Below, one piece after another: positions 37,401 to 50,276 of a DNA stretch of 64,000 nucleotides. Source of the stretch: Thalia democratica (Eukaryota); contig OZ241827.1 in assembly GCA_965202585.1 (NCBI GenBank), forward strand, positions 25,296,001 through 25,360,000, in the 5' to 3' direction. Both the position numbers and the translations under genes were made by a program. Below the pieces are notes generated by a model that was given only the letters and a program-made list of their open reading frames with translations, made no database searches and had not been told where the DNA came from. Position 1 is the first letter of the stretch; the number at the start of each line of letters is the position of its first letter.

Positions 37401-40400
37401 CAAATATTTTTTATTAACTCACAGCGCTTCGCTATTCATCATATATGGAAAATGGTCTATGGAGTCTTCGAACGATTAGTTTACAATTAAAAAGCATACA
37501 AATCATTTGAGTGTGAGATATGCTTGTTTTTTACATTCAAATATATGTTTATCGTAAATATGTCTGACAAGTATATACAAAATTTTGCATGCTTTTTAAT
37601 TTACTTTAATTTTTAACAGACTCTGTAGAGCTGTTTATATATTATGAACAGTGAAAGGCCGTAAGTTAATAAAGCGTCTGCGTACAATAACAACTGTTGT
37701 TTTTATATAAACTATCAAAAAAAATTAATTGCACAAAATTTAAAGTTTAAAAATAAGAATAAGAATGTATAGGTAATTTTAGGTAGACTGATAACAATCT
37801 GTTTGTGTTGAAAAACTTTTTAAAAATCTTTCCAGGCATTCAATAAAATCCCTAACCTCAACATTCTATAACACTAATTTTAATTTTTTAATACAGAGAT
37901 GTTGTAACTGACATTTTCTAAAATAAAATAGTATACATTAAAATTAAATATATATTGTTTAAAGAAACTTAATTATAAATTCAACTAGTGTTTTTCTAAC
38001 AGAAAATTAAATATAAAAAGGTTTTAGCTCAAAAGTTAATTGTAATTTTTTAGTTCTAAAAAAACTGAATATCCAAACTTCAAAGGTTCATTTATGAACA
38101 AGCAAATGTTAATTTTTTTAAATGTTGGACCACTGTACTGACATAACTTAGCTATCATTAGTTGCTTTTAACTGTATTTTTTTAATTAAATAAGTTTTTG
38201 AGGTACTAAGGTAGAAAGTCAGAAAGTTAAATTGGTTACCTATGAAAAGATCAATTAAAACAGGCAGAAAAAATATTTTTTTTTTTATAATCTAAATTCT
38301 TCTACAGTTTTATGTAATTGTTGTCAAACTTATTTAGTATGATCTTAACTCTAAAAACAACTGTATTTGTAAATGAGTAATTTTTCCTTTGTTATAAATA
38401 TGTAACAAAATAATTACTTAAATTCATCTAACTTTTTTTTACAAAATGCAAGTTAAATTTCCTAAAACTTTGAGGTTAATTATTCAAAATACGAAGTAAA
38501 AGATACAATTTCAGTTAAAGTTTCAAACATCTGAAAGAACTTGCATATTTTTTATACTTTTGTGTAGATACTACTTACGAAACTAACTCTATCTCAATGT
38601 TTAATTTTTTTTTTCAATTGTATAAAAGTATTTTATACAGCATTCCTACTTTTGTTTTTAAGTCAAGGAATAATCAAAGAAAATTTACATTTGTTACATG
38701 ATAAAAAAGTTTAAAACTATTTTTAGACACTCAGTTTTAAAAATCAAAAGTGAAAAATAATAAAACATGTTGTGCTATATATAAACTCAGCACAATAACA
38801 AGTCAATATATATTTTTTTTTAGTTAATACTTTTTAAGAAAAGCACAATTTTCTGTTTAAAAATGCATCACTTGACAAAAATTACTTAAAGTTAAAGTAT
38901 GCTATTATATAAAAAAATACGTCTAATATAAATACATTCAAAGTTAATAAACTGTTTAAAAATTAACATTACATGTTATCAACTTCAATATAAAAATAAC
39001 TTTACCTCTCATTAATTATTTCATTCATATATCATTAAGTGCAATGAAAATTTATAAATAAAAACTACTATAAAATTATTTATCAAGTCTAAAATTTTTT
39101 TTGAATATGTTGAAAATTTGAATTTTTTTTTTAATTTGAATTTTTATAACTGATTATCCCTTTTAATGAAACTTGATAAACTAAACTTTAAAAATACAAG
39201 TCTTGTACACTATATCCTTAAATTTATTTTAGTTTAGAACTCGACTATTTTCATTACAAACTAACAATCTTTAAGCCTATTATAATTATTAAAAATAAAT
39301 ATAAAATTTACAAAAAACAATTGTATGTGTAATCAAAATTTGGTTTAACACTAAGAAAAAGTAAAATATAAGAAAATAAAATGCTTTTTAAGACTTTGCT
39401 TGTTTTATCAAAGAAAATCAAAGAGTTTTTTGTACAATTTCAAAAAATAAAGGAAAACTAATGGCAATCAAGAAAAGTGGAGCCCTGTTTATTGTATGTA
39501 ATTTGAGCTTTGAAATAAATAAATAGAAAATAAATTTAACCTTTCCCCTATGGCCTTACCACAACAACTTTCAATACTAAAACTTGAGGTTTTAAAACAG
39601 AGTTGGGCAACGTACAGCTTAACAACAGATATCTCTGGCATGTGACCTGAACTTCAGCTTATAAATAACTTGTGCTAATCAAAAGAATAAGTTATTTGAT
39701 AAAAATAATTATTTAAATTACTGTTACTTTTTTTAGTATACAGTAATTGACTATTTCATTTTAATCTTGGTTTCAAAAAGTTTTATTAGCTTTAAAGTTA
39801 GAACTTGAGAAATTAACCAGACCAATAAGTTTTTTTTCAAGTCCAAAGGGCAAACAATAAATATTGTAAATCTGACCTGCTAAGCTGCTGACATCTACTT
39901 TTAAACTTATTAGAGTGGCTAAACTAGAAATACAGTACGAAGTTATTAATAAATAATGTTTGCAGAATTATTTTATAGGTATGGAAATATAATTATTTAA
40001 TGTTTCTTTATTTGTGCATTACTATAATCACATACAAAATCTATAAAACAGTTCAAAATATTTTTGTGAAAATAAAAATTGTATTGAGTTATTTTAGAAC
40101 AAACAATAATTTTTTCTACTTTTAACAAAACATTTAACAGGTTATAATCTCTCAATCAACTTTTAACTCCACTTACAAAATTTCAAACCACCTGTGTTAT
40201 TTGTGAATGAGTTCTGGACGCATATATGATCTTTGGTATCATGTTTGTGTCTTCATCCTGGTCATTTTTATCATTCTGCTGCTGGAACGCTTTGTTGGCT
40301 TTGTACTGCTTCACTTGCTGCTCCCTCCACGCCAATGCAGCACACAGCAGGCTCAACGTCTTGCCCGTGCCGGTGGGAGATTCAAGAACGGCGTTTTCTC

Positions 40401-40506
40401 CTTTTTGCAGAGCTTCAATCACTTTTGACATGTAATCGTGCTGCACCTGGTAAGGCTGGAAGGGAAACTTGACTTCTATTCCGTTGATGGCTACAACATT
40501 TGTCAT
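34483..40506 (-). CDS. RTEL1: Regulator of telomere elongation helicase 1 (XPD-family Fe-S DEAH helicase), 1033 aa; exons 40506-40192 and 37269-34483
   Basis: Q motif [13 protein letters not shown], Walker [15 protein letters not shown], Fe-S cysteines (LCVH..MCR..RMCHYY..CCPYY), motif [24 protein letters not shown], motif [16 protein letters not shown]. The SYWCFSPG block and a C-terminal harmonin-N-like helical domain favour RTEL1 over FANCJ/DDX11. The phase-0 GT-AG intron 40191-37270 joins SQITQ|VVKELKRT. Confidence 0.93.
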
Positions 40507-41799
40507 TATAAACTCTGCAGAACAATGTAAAGGTAAATGTTTTTAAACTACGATGATCTTTGATTAATGCTGTAATAGAACAATGATGCTATATCTTTTT
40601 AAAGGTATTTGTTAATATATAAAGCTTATTTTCTACGTTATGTGTGAAAATGATTAGTTGCTATTTATTTTATATCAATAACTGCAAATTAAGGTTAATA
40701 AACTATCTTATAACCAAAAACAATTTTAAAACAAGCTTATTAAATAAAAACTGTGTGTTGTTTTAGCTCAGGATCAATAAGTCAATCTTATTGACATTAG
40801 TTTTAAATCTAATGGCAATACAAAAATCCAAAAACTCATAAACTCTAGTAATATTTTTGAACTATACTTCAGTACCTTTTGGAAAAAAAAATAAAGCTAC
40901 CAAAATTGCTTCATGCTAAACAATAATGTATTAAATATGAGATACCTTTTACTAAGTTTTAAATACTCATTTTAAACACCCTTGTTTAGGAGTAAGTAGG
41001 CTGAAATATACTTCACTAACAAGTTATATCTACAGTTTTCATCTATTGCAAACCTACTATTAAAATAAATATTTTGGAAAAATTTAAGGTCTTAAACAGT
41101 ATAGAGTTTTATTTTTAGTTTTGAAAAAAACAGATAGATAGAAATTGAGGTCCATTGTATTGTGTTGAAAGCATTTTACAAATAAAAACTATATATAAAA
41201 AGTTTATTGTAATTTTTATGCTGTACAAAACTTGATTTAAAATGTTAAATTTCTAACGTTGATGTGCAACAAGGCTTATCTGAAGGAGCAAATTCAACTT
41301 GCTTAACAGCAACATATAAAAATTTATGAGCTAAAACAGAAGTAAATAATCTATGAAATACCTGTGCACAGTATTCTACCTTAAGCTAGTTCTCAACTGC
41401 AGCAGACAGTAAATTACTAAAATCACAGAAAACCAGCAATAATTAGAGCAATCCTGAAGCTCCAGATCACCACATAATAACAAATACAAAAACAGCTTAC
41501 AGGACTGCTTTCTTGATATCTTGGGTTTTTGAAGAAAGCATTAAAATATTTCTGGTTAATTTGAGAAAGGTATTTTTTCCAGTTAGTTCATTAAATATTT
41601 TTTTAAACATTCTAAGTACTTCACATGAAAGCCTTCCTCATTACTAAAAAATGATATAAAAACTAACTTGGAACTTTGTTTGCTGATTAATGTTTACAGT
41701 ATTTTTTTATTCTACAAGCATTACAAATGAAGACTGTGAGTTTAAAACTTTTTAGGATTGATCTCATATTTAAAAGATTCTTACAAAGTAGTTTTTGAA

Positions 41800-42514
41800 T
41801 TAAGGCCATAGGGGGGTAGAAGCCATTTTTTGATCAAAAATAACATATAGACTTATATTATAGTAAATTTCATAATCTTTCAGATGCTTTTTTTAGATTT
41901 TAAAAATGTTAAGTAACTTTTTTTTTATGACCGGTTATATAAAGGGTTGTCTTTATAAAGGGTATATAAAGGGTAACTTTAAAGCCGTTTTTCTCGAGTT
42001 TTTAAAAACGGGCTTTAAAATCTATCTTCTCCTTCATTTTTCAAGCAATCTTCTTCAAATTTTCAGGAAATGTTTCTTACATTATGAGAAAAAACGTTAT
42101 TTGTGAATTTGCATAATTTTGAAAAATAAAAATTTTATCACAAAAAAAAAAGTGATTTTTTATCAAAAAATTTTTTTTTTTTTCAAAAAAAAGGTATTTT
42201 TACTTGAAATTTTTTAAAGTCACAAATAACCTTTTTATTTTAATGTATAAAGAATAGACTGTGAAAGTTTGAAGAAGATTGCTAAAAAAATGAAGGAGGA
42301 GATAGATTTTGAATGCATTAGTCTTTTTTTGCCGTTTTAGTTTTTCCTTCCCCATAAGGAACCTGTTATGCAGCCCGACTTTGGCCAGTCATATCTCAAA
42401 AACTAATTCAAATTTTTAAAAACGGTAGAAAGCAACTTGAAGCTTAGTAAAAACTCTATAAAATAAGATCAACTTGTAAAAAACATGGCCTACCCCCCCC
42501 CCCTATGGCCTTAA
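41800..42514. mobile_element. TTAA-flanked MITE (Kolobok-like), copy 1
   Basis: TTAA-ggccatagggggg ... ccccccctatggcc-TTAA terminal inverted repeats; internal inverted aaatctatct...cttcttcaaa blocks. GG termini argue against piggyBac (CCY termini). An isolated right end sits at ~39541-39557. Confidence 0.75.
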
Positions 42515-43207
42515 CTTTTTATTTAATAACAAAAAGGGGTATATTGAAACTAATATTAAAAACAGACCAACTTAAATTGTTATATAAATAAATAATTTTG
42601 GTAAACTTATAACATATATAGTAATAGTGCAAAATGAGTATTTTATTCACTACCAGGTTTCGGAAGCAAAAGAAATTTACAACCTTGTCAAGTGAAATAA
42701 TATGGTAAACTGCACTTAACAGTAAAATTAAACTGTAAGTAAACTTATAAAAATACTAACTTCAATAATAATAAAAATGTTTATAGAAATTTTAAAACTT
42801 AATTTTATCATAGTCATGTAGAAAACTTCAAATATTTTCTGATAACAATACAAACTTTAATCACTTGAAATATATCAGAAAATTAGATTTAAGGCAAAGA
42901 CATTAAAAACGTTATGTAATTACTATAATTTTACTTGAAACATGTTTTATAAGAAAAAATTTGGATAAGATACAACTTTTTATTATTATAATAGTAACTT
43001 CTTATATAATCTAAATTTTACAACATATAAAAGTTGTTCAAATTATTGGTTCCTCAATGATTTTTGTTCAAATTTTAAGATTTTTAAAAAAGTAACAAAT
43101 TCAAGGTAGTATATAAAAACTAATTCTCTAATTTCATTTAATTAATAGCTATAACATAATCACAGTTATAAATAAGAAACATACAGCCCTTCTTGCAGAA
43201 ACGTTAC

Positions 43208-43878
43208 TTAAGGGCATGGGCAGTCCACCTTGATTTTTATAAGTTAATTTTATTGTATAGAGTTTTATCTGAGCTATCACAAAGTTTTTAACCGCTTGAA
43301 AAACTTCAAAGTAATTTTGAGATATGAGCCATCAAAGTCGGTGACCTCAATAGGTTCCTAATGGAAGGCACAAACTAAAAATGCAAAAAAAGACCATTTC
43401 ACTAAAAATCTATCTCCTCCATAATTTTCAAGTAATCTTCTTCAAATTTTTACAGACAGTGTTTTATTAAATTTTAAAAAGATTGAATGCAGGATTTTTT
43501 TTAATCTTGAAAAATAAAATCTTATAAAAAAAACAACCTATTTTTTTTCATTTTTCAATATTTTAAAAATTTCAACATTTAAAGTCTTTTAAACTATAAA
43601 AGGAACGTTTCCTGAAAGATTGAGGTCTCTAGCTCAAAAAATGAAGAAGAAGATATATTTTTAGTGATTTTTTAAATTTCGCAGAAAATTGACCCCAAAA
43701 AATTTGTGGTCCATATGTTTGTATCGGAAACATTTTATAAAAATTACAATATCTCAAAAGTTAAATAACATATTTTAATTCTATAAAAACTGGCTTGTAG
43801 TTTGTACTTCAAGCTTTCATACAAGATCCAATGTTATTTTTAGTAAAAAAAAAATTTGCACCTCCCCTATGCCCTTAA
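43208..43878. mobile_element. TTAA-flanked MITE (Kolobok-like), related copy 2, opposite orientation
   Basis: TTAA-gggcatggg ... cccctatgccc-TTAA; its left ~150 nt resemble the reverse complement of copy 1's right end (gagatatga...aaagtcgg...aggttcct). Confidence 0.7.
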
Positions 43879-46279
43879 TCAAGTACACAAATTAATTTAG
43901 CTTGAAAAATACTTATACAAAACAATTAAAATTAAGCTCTTTTATTTAAAAAAAACTTAAATGTGGGTTAATAAATTATACCTTTTAATATTAAAAACCT
44001 TTATAGTTAAATATTTTCAAATACACAGTCCATGGAAGTTTACTTTTGATAAGTATGGTTGGCAAAAGACTCTCCTGGTAAATTTCTGAAAAGTTTCCCT
44101 CTAACATAAGTGATAAACAGAAAAACTAATTTCAAGTGTAACTTAGCATTAATAGTAGTTTTGAAAATTTTTAAACTGCAACTTATTTATCCTGATTTTG
44201 CTTTTTAAACTATAAAAATTGTGAAACAATACTTTATTGCTTCTTTAGATGTGTTTTTTAATAAAAAAATCTAAATAGTATACATTTTTTTATATATAAC
44301 AGTTAGTTTCTACCAAATCAGAATTTCATAAATTATAGCTAAAATTAATGAAAATTCTTGGTTTTTCATATTTTATTTCATGACTTTTTATAAGCTCTAG
44401 TTTCTTTTAAGTTTATTTATCAAAGTATTGAATTCCAAGTTAGTCAACTTTAAACAATTTAATTCCAGGAACTTCTAGGTTTCCAAGTAAAACTGCAACC
44501 CTGATACAATTTGTTTTAGTGTGTGACAAAAAAGTATATTTTTAGTATAAAATATTTATTTAAAGATTTCCTTAATCAGTCTTGCTCTAATTTCAACCAA
44601 CTTTTTGTACTTTTCAATAATCTTCAACATGTCTTACAACTATAAATAGTAAAGACAACTAAACCTTAATAAAGCACATTTGATCATAAAAAAATTAAAC
44701 TAAGTTATTTTCTGTGAATAAGATTTTTACAGTGCAAATTTCTTCAGTAAATCATTTTGCTCAGTTTTTACAAAAGCATTTCAGAACTTAAAGTCATTAA
44801 CAGCAAGAAAACAAATACATTTTTTTAAACTTTATGTTTACAAAAGGCAATAAGATACTATTTTGAATTTATTGAACAACAAAAAAATAAATAAAAGCTC
44901 TTTTAAAGTTTAGTCTAAGGACCTAATGTACAAAAAAACCTTCACTTATTGAGTAATAGGCCATCGATATAGTTTAATGTCTTGTCCTAGACTGTTGTAT
45001 ACATTTAAGGACAGTGAGCCAAAATTTTATGTAATATAACACCAAATTAATGCTTTAAAATAAATAAAATGACTTAGTAAAATGTAAGTTACTAAATGTA
45101 CCAAAACATTTAAAAACAATTGATGTTTTAATTATTTAAATTATAATAAATAAATAGCCTGAGTATTTTATAAAAAACTAAAATTTGCCTAATTTAGCCT
45201 GAGTTTGTAGCAGTCTTGTAATTTTTACAAAATTACATCTATAAAAAAATATAAAAATCTTAGCTTAGAAATTAAGCAGTAATTTATTACTTCAACGATT
45301 AAAACTTAGATTTTTTTGATGAAGGTATATCAGTATTGATAAAGAGTAGTACATCAGTACTAAATTTAGTATTAGTTTTTAGTTGGTGATACTTTTACAA
45401 CTATTTGATTCAATGAAATATTACAAACAGTTGATAGTAATTAGTTTAATTATTTGATACTAACTATTATGTATGGATAGTGAAAGAGTACTTAAGTGAT
45501 CTGAACACATGGACTGGTTGGATTTGGATGTGTTCTGGATTCATCAAAAGAATTTTAAGGAAAAAATCAAAAAATTGAATTTTTAATGTTCAAATCCAAA
45601 AACTTAAATTGACCACTAAAAATTTCTTTTTATTTTGCTTTTTTAGCTAATAAAGTGATAAATCAATTATATACTTTCTAGCCTTATAATCTATATCTTA
45701 AATTAAAGCTTGTATTAGTAGGCATTCACTTACAGGCAATACAAACACTTTTGATGTTTTATAATCACACAAATGATACCAACTTAGTTTGTAAATAGTA
45801 CTTTTTAACTTAAAAATCAAATTAAGCTCTACAGTTTAAAGTAAAGTTACCTAAACTGTTTTTACTTTAGTTAATGTAGCTTAACAATTATACAATTAAA
45901 TCAAAAGTTTTATAAAGTTTATTATTTTACAATTGTTTCATGTTTTTGCGATGATCACAAGTAAAAAAAAACATATATATTAACAACTAAGTTATAAATA
46001 TGAAAATTCATTAAGAATAAACAGTTTAAATATTATAGTTTTACTTAATAACTTTGCTGTTATTTACATTTGATTTCATCATTTGCTATGTTTTTCATAT
46101 TTAAGTTTATTTAAAAGTGATTATTTAGTATAAAAACTTTAAATTTAATTTTAAATCTAAATTTAAAAATATAGCAGTTTTCTCCTAGAATTTACTATGT
46201 TTTAATTTATAGTTAAAAAACTTCAAATTATGTCTATTTAATAAGTTATACCATATTGCATGGTTATATAACAACTCAA

Positions 46280-46618
46280 AATATTTGCAACAATAGCTAT
46301 ATCGGTCTTACAACTAGACAGCTGGAGAAAAGGGTTAAAAAACATATACCTACTTGCATTGATAAGTTTTTGAATTTAGCTTAAAAATAAAAGAAGTCTA
46401 ACAAAATTATGAATGCAACAAAAAAATCTGCTACTGCAGAACATTTAGTGAAAAATCAGGATTGTGTTGAAAATTTCAATTTGAGGAGATTTATGATAAT
46501 TGAAAGTTGTTGTAGTCTGTTTGACTTAGTCAAAATGGAAGCTTTATGTATTTCAAATATAAAACCAACTCTTGGTAGGCAAAAAGAATTTGACTATAGT
46601 GTTGCTTTATTTACTTAG
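46280..46618 (+). mobile_element. Penelope-like element remnant: GIY-YIG endonuclease C-terminus
   Basis: ICNNSYIGLTTRQLEKRVKKH ... (two in-frame stops) ... SATAEHLVKNQDC...F.II....FDLVKMEALCISNIKPTLGRQKEF, the typical ending of Penelope-type ORFs. Confidence 0.8.
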
Positions 46619-49600
46619 TGCTATTTTTGGGGTTTATATGTTTGTATTTAATCAGCTCTTATAATTAGTATTTTGATTAGTTTTGTGTAATTGACTTTGT
46701 ATGTAATTAATATTGGTTTATGATGATTGCTATTGTTACTATTAGTTAAATTCATCTTTTATTTATTGCTATGTATCCACTAATGAAAATAGCATGAGAT
46801 ATACCTGGATTTTTGTACTCTGCGTTTTTTGTATACTGTTTGAAATTAATTTTGACTTCAAATGCTTGTATTATTAATAAAATACAGCATATCATTGACA
46901 ATCAAAATTATGATTTTTAATATTTAACTATGTATTATAAATTAAAATAACTGTTTTCAGTTATTTCCATTAATTTACAGCTGTAATAATAACTGTAATA
47001 ATTATCATGTTATATTAGTATTACATACTAAATCAGCTAAATTCTTAGGGTAGGTATATAAATCTAGAAGTTTTAATTTTACAATAAATAAAATCCAAAC
47101 TTTATATTCAAAAAAAAAAACTTTGCTTTTAAGATAGCAAAAAGTACCATACTACAGACAAATTAGCATATTTCAAGTGATTATGAAATCATAATACATC
47201 AAAAGTAATTGAAATGACTAATGATCTTAATGATGGCTTTGAAAACTCTTTGAGTTGAATTTTGCATGATCAAAACATGGCTAACTCACATTAAAAAAAA
47301 GAAATTAATTTAAACATATCCTTATTAACATAAGATTTCTTTTAAGTGATAAGTTTAAATCTGAAAAAGTACACGTGTTTTTATTGCCATTTAAGTGAAA
47401 AAAGCAAAAAATATTAGATTTTTCTGGGTCAAATTAGTATTTAGTGGTGCAAAATATGAAAAATTAAAACATTTCTAAAAAAATTTCTTAGTGAATCCAA
47501 AACACATCTAGCCTATCCAAGCGAACTTGACAACATGACCAAAAATGCTACACTCCATTGTCTATACCCCTATACTGCTAAACAACTTTGAGCATAGAGA
47601 ACAAACTTATGCTTGATGAATAAATGTTTAAAAACATTGAATGTACATAACTTTTAGCATTTACAGTAAATTTAAAATTGGTAGTTATTAGGGAAACTAC
47701 CGTAAAAATAGCTAAATAACTTTTATAGCTCACTAAGCAAAAATATGCGGATCTCAATGTTGTTTAAAGCTACAAAAACACCTTTTAAAACAAAAACAAA
47801 TCGTGATAAAAATTTACAATTATCCTCTTTATTGATTATTAACAGTTAATAATGTTTCTTATCATAATTTTGTGTGAGCATATAGTTTTTATAAGTACAT
47901 AATACTACACTTATTAAATTAGAATTAGTTTGGTTGCGGCTTGCAGAAGACTTTTTTAAACATAATGCTGCCAGCAATAAAAATATTTCATAAAATTTGT
48001 TCGCAACTTATAAAAGACCGCTGACTTTTGAATTCTGTACTACTATTCTGTTAATCTCAAAGATAAGATTTTTAAAGTTTTCAAGCATCTGTTGCAAATT
48101 GCAATAAAGTTAGGCTTTTTAATAAATATTTAAAAATTTGCTTTTAAGTAGATTTATTATGTTAATTTGTTGATCATTAGGTACATAACTTGTAAAGATT
48201 TTGATTTTAAATACTTTTGTTGACTTTTGCAAAAATGCATTGCTAAATAAAGTTTTCTATTAAGCCTATCAGGATTAACGAAAGACTTTTTTTGGTAAAT
48301 CTGTCTAACCAACTAAAATAGTTTCCCGAGTCCCGACATTGGTCTTTCTGTGGTCTAACTCAAATAATAACCATAACTTCATCTTACTTAATTTATTTTT
48401 TAGTATAGGAAAATTCATTAGACAAAATGACTAAAAAAGAAAATTTTTAACAGTTTAGCGAAAACAGATGTTTTTTGTCGTTAAATTTTTTATAATTCAT
48501 TTGTGTATACTTTAGAGAAAAAAAAGCTAATTTATACCTAATTTGCTTGGTTTAACATTTTTTATTGCAAACAACATTTTTTAAATGTTTATTTTGGTCT
48601 TAAAACCACTAATAGTTTATGTTCCTCTTCAAAAATAATAAATCAAGGACTTAAGGTTAAAATAAATTAAAAATCTAAAGAAAAAAAAAGTTAGTTGTTC
48701 TTTTCTACTCAAAAACTAAACTAAATGGTGTAATTTTAAAAAAACAACCTAACATTATTTTAAAGTTTACATAGTTTGTTACAATTTTTTTCAATTGTTC
48801 AACTTAATTTATTTTTTGCTAGTCTTTTTGTAACTATTTTTTATTTTGTCAAATAAGTCAACTATATCAATTTAACTATAATTCTTTTAAATGACTAAAC
48901 TGTCAACTTATCAAAAAGTACAAAAACAAGTTTCGTCCTTATTATAGCTCATCATGCAGACCACAGAGTATTCATAACAAACAACTCCAGTCAATAAAAA
49001 TTTTGTTTGCTCTTTTCGTACTTAAAAGTTCGTTTGCTGATCAGTCAGGAAAGGTGGCAATACTAAATTATAACAAATCAGCGTATTCTTCGATTTTTTC
49101 AGTTAAAACGTGAGTTTAAAGATGACGTTTGTTTTGACTTTATCAATTATAGTTTTCCTAATATTTTTTTTTTTTGTTATACGGCAAAGCAGCAATGTTT
49201 TTTTACAATTAGCAACTGCATCGCATTAATCATCAACAGCAATTCATTAAAAATTTTGTGACCACCTTTAGGATTTATCAGGCTGACAGAAACAAAAATA
49301 ATAAACTATTAACTTTTTCTACGTTAAGTTCAAAGTCATACTTCTTACTATGACAATAGCACATTATATAATCTAAATTGTAAAAAGTAATAGGTGGTCT
49401 AATAAAAACATCTTTCATTAAAACTCAATGGTTTTTTAAACTTTTATTAAATCGAGTAGTTTTATTTTTGAAATAAAGAAGCGAAGAAATTAAAGTTTTA
49501 GTTTATCTTTAGCTTGAATAAGTATTTTAGTTTTAAATATGATATACTTACTACAAATATTTTAATATCTTTAAAAATATTTTTTTACAAATACAAAACT

Positions 49601-50183
49601 TACACTGCTGAACCTAATAAAAAATATAATTCTATAGTTAAAAATTAAGACCAAAATATTAGAACAGCAAAAGTGCAATAAAAGTAGAAAACGAAGTAAA
49701 TACTTGACTAAAATAAAAATAAATAGTTTAAATGTTATCTTTTTTGATAAACTTTAATTAGTACTTTTTCTTTTAATAAAAATATATGTTTTATTGTTTT
49801 ATTTTATATGACGAATTGACTAAGATTATTCTAAAGTAGGTTTTTAAAGTAGAATTTTGTGCTTAAATTAAACTAAGCTTCTGTTAGATAAAACAGAGTT
49901 TTTGAATTTAGACTTTTTGACTAATATTTGTGTTAAAAACAAAAAACAATAAAATATTGTGCGTTTAAAATATATACAATTAATAAAACTGATTTGTTAA
50001 ATAAACGTTACTGCTAAGTTATTGCAGTTTAAAATAGACTACATTTGAAGTCCTTTTGTTGTTAAAAAATAATTTTTATGAAAGTATAAAAAGCTTAAAA
50101 TTTTTGATAAGACTTTTCAAAACACTTTGAAAGTCGGATTGTTTAAATATACAAAAAAAAAATTATTATTTTTTTTTTTTTTG

Positions 50184-50276
50184 AACAACAAAGAATAACA
50201 CTCAAAACATTTGGTCCTGGTGCACGAAGAACCTTTTGGTTATTGAGTCGCACACCTTAGATACTTATCCAGGACA
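50184..50276 (-). mobile_element. Structured SINE-like repeat, reverse copy with two internal deletions
   Basis: The reverse complement reads tgtcctggataagtatctaaggtgtgcgactcaataaccaaaaggttcttcgtgcaccaggaccaaatgttttgagtg. Confidence 0.75.

Noticed and set aside
35521-37479. Long plus-strand and alternative-frame ORFs over RTEL1 (up to 294 aa)
   Set aside because: Shadow ORFs caused by high GC3 in the RTEL1 frame; no recognisable motifs
41290-45560. Scattered exon-like segments (~41300-41640, ~44040-44110, ~44570-44640, ~45490-45570)
   Set aside because: Short open frames with possible splice sites, but I could not chain them into a consistent or recognisable protein
45515-47510. Inverted match gaatccaRaacacatc at ~45525 (minus) and ~47490 (plus) as TIRs around the Penelope remnant
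   Set aside because: Only ~16 nt match well, and no TSD or defined termini were found
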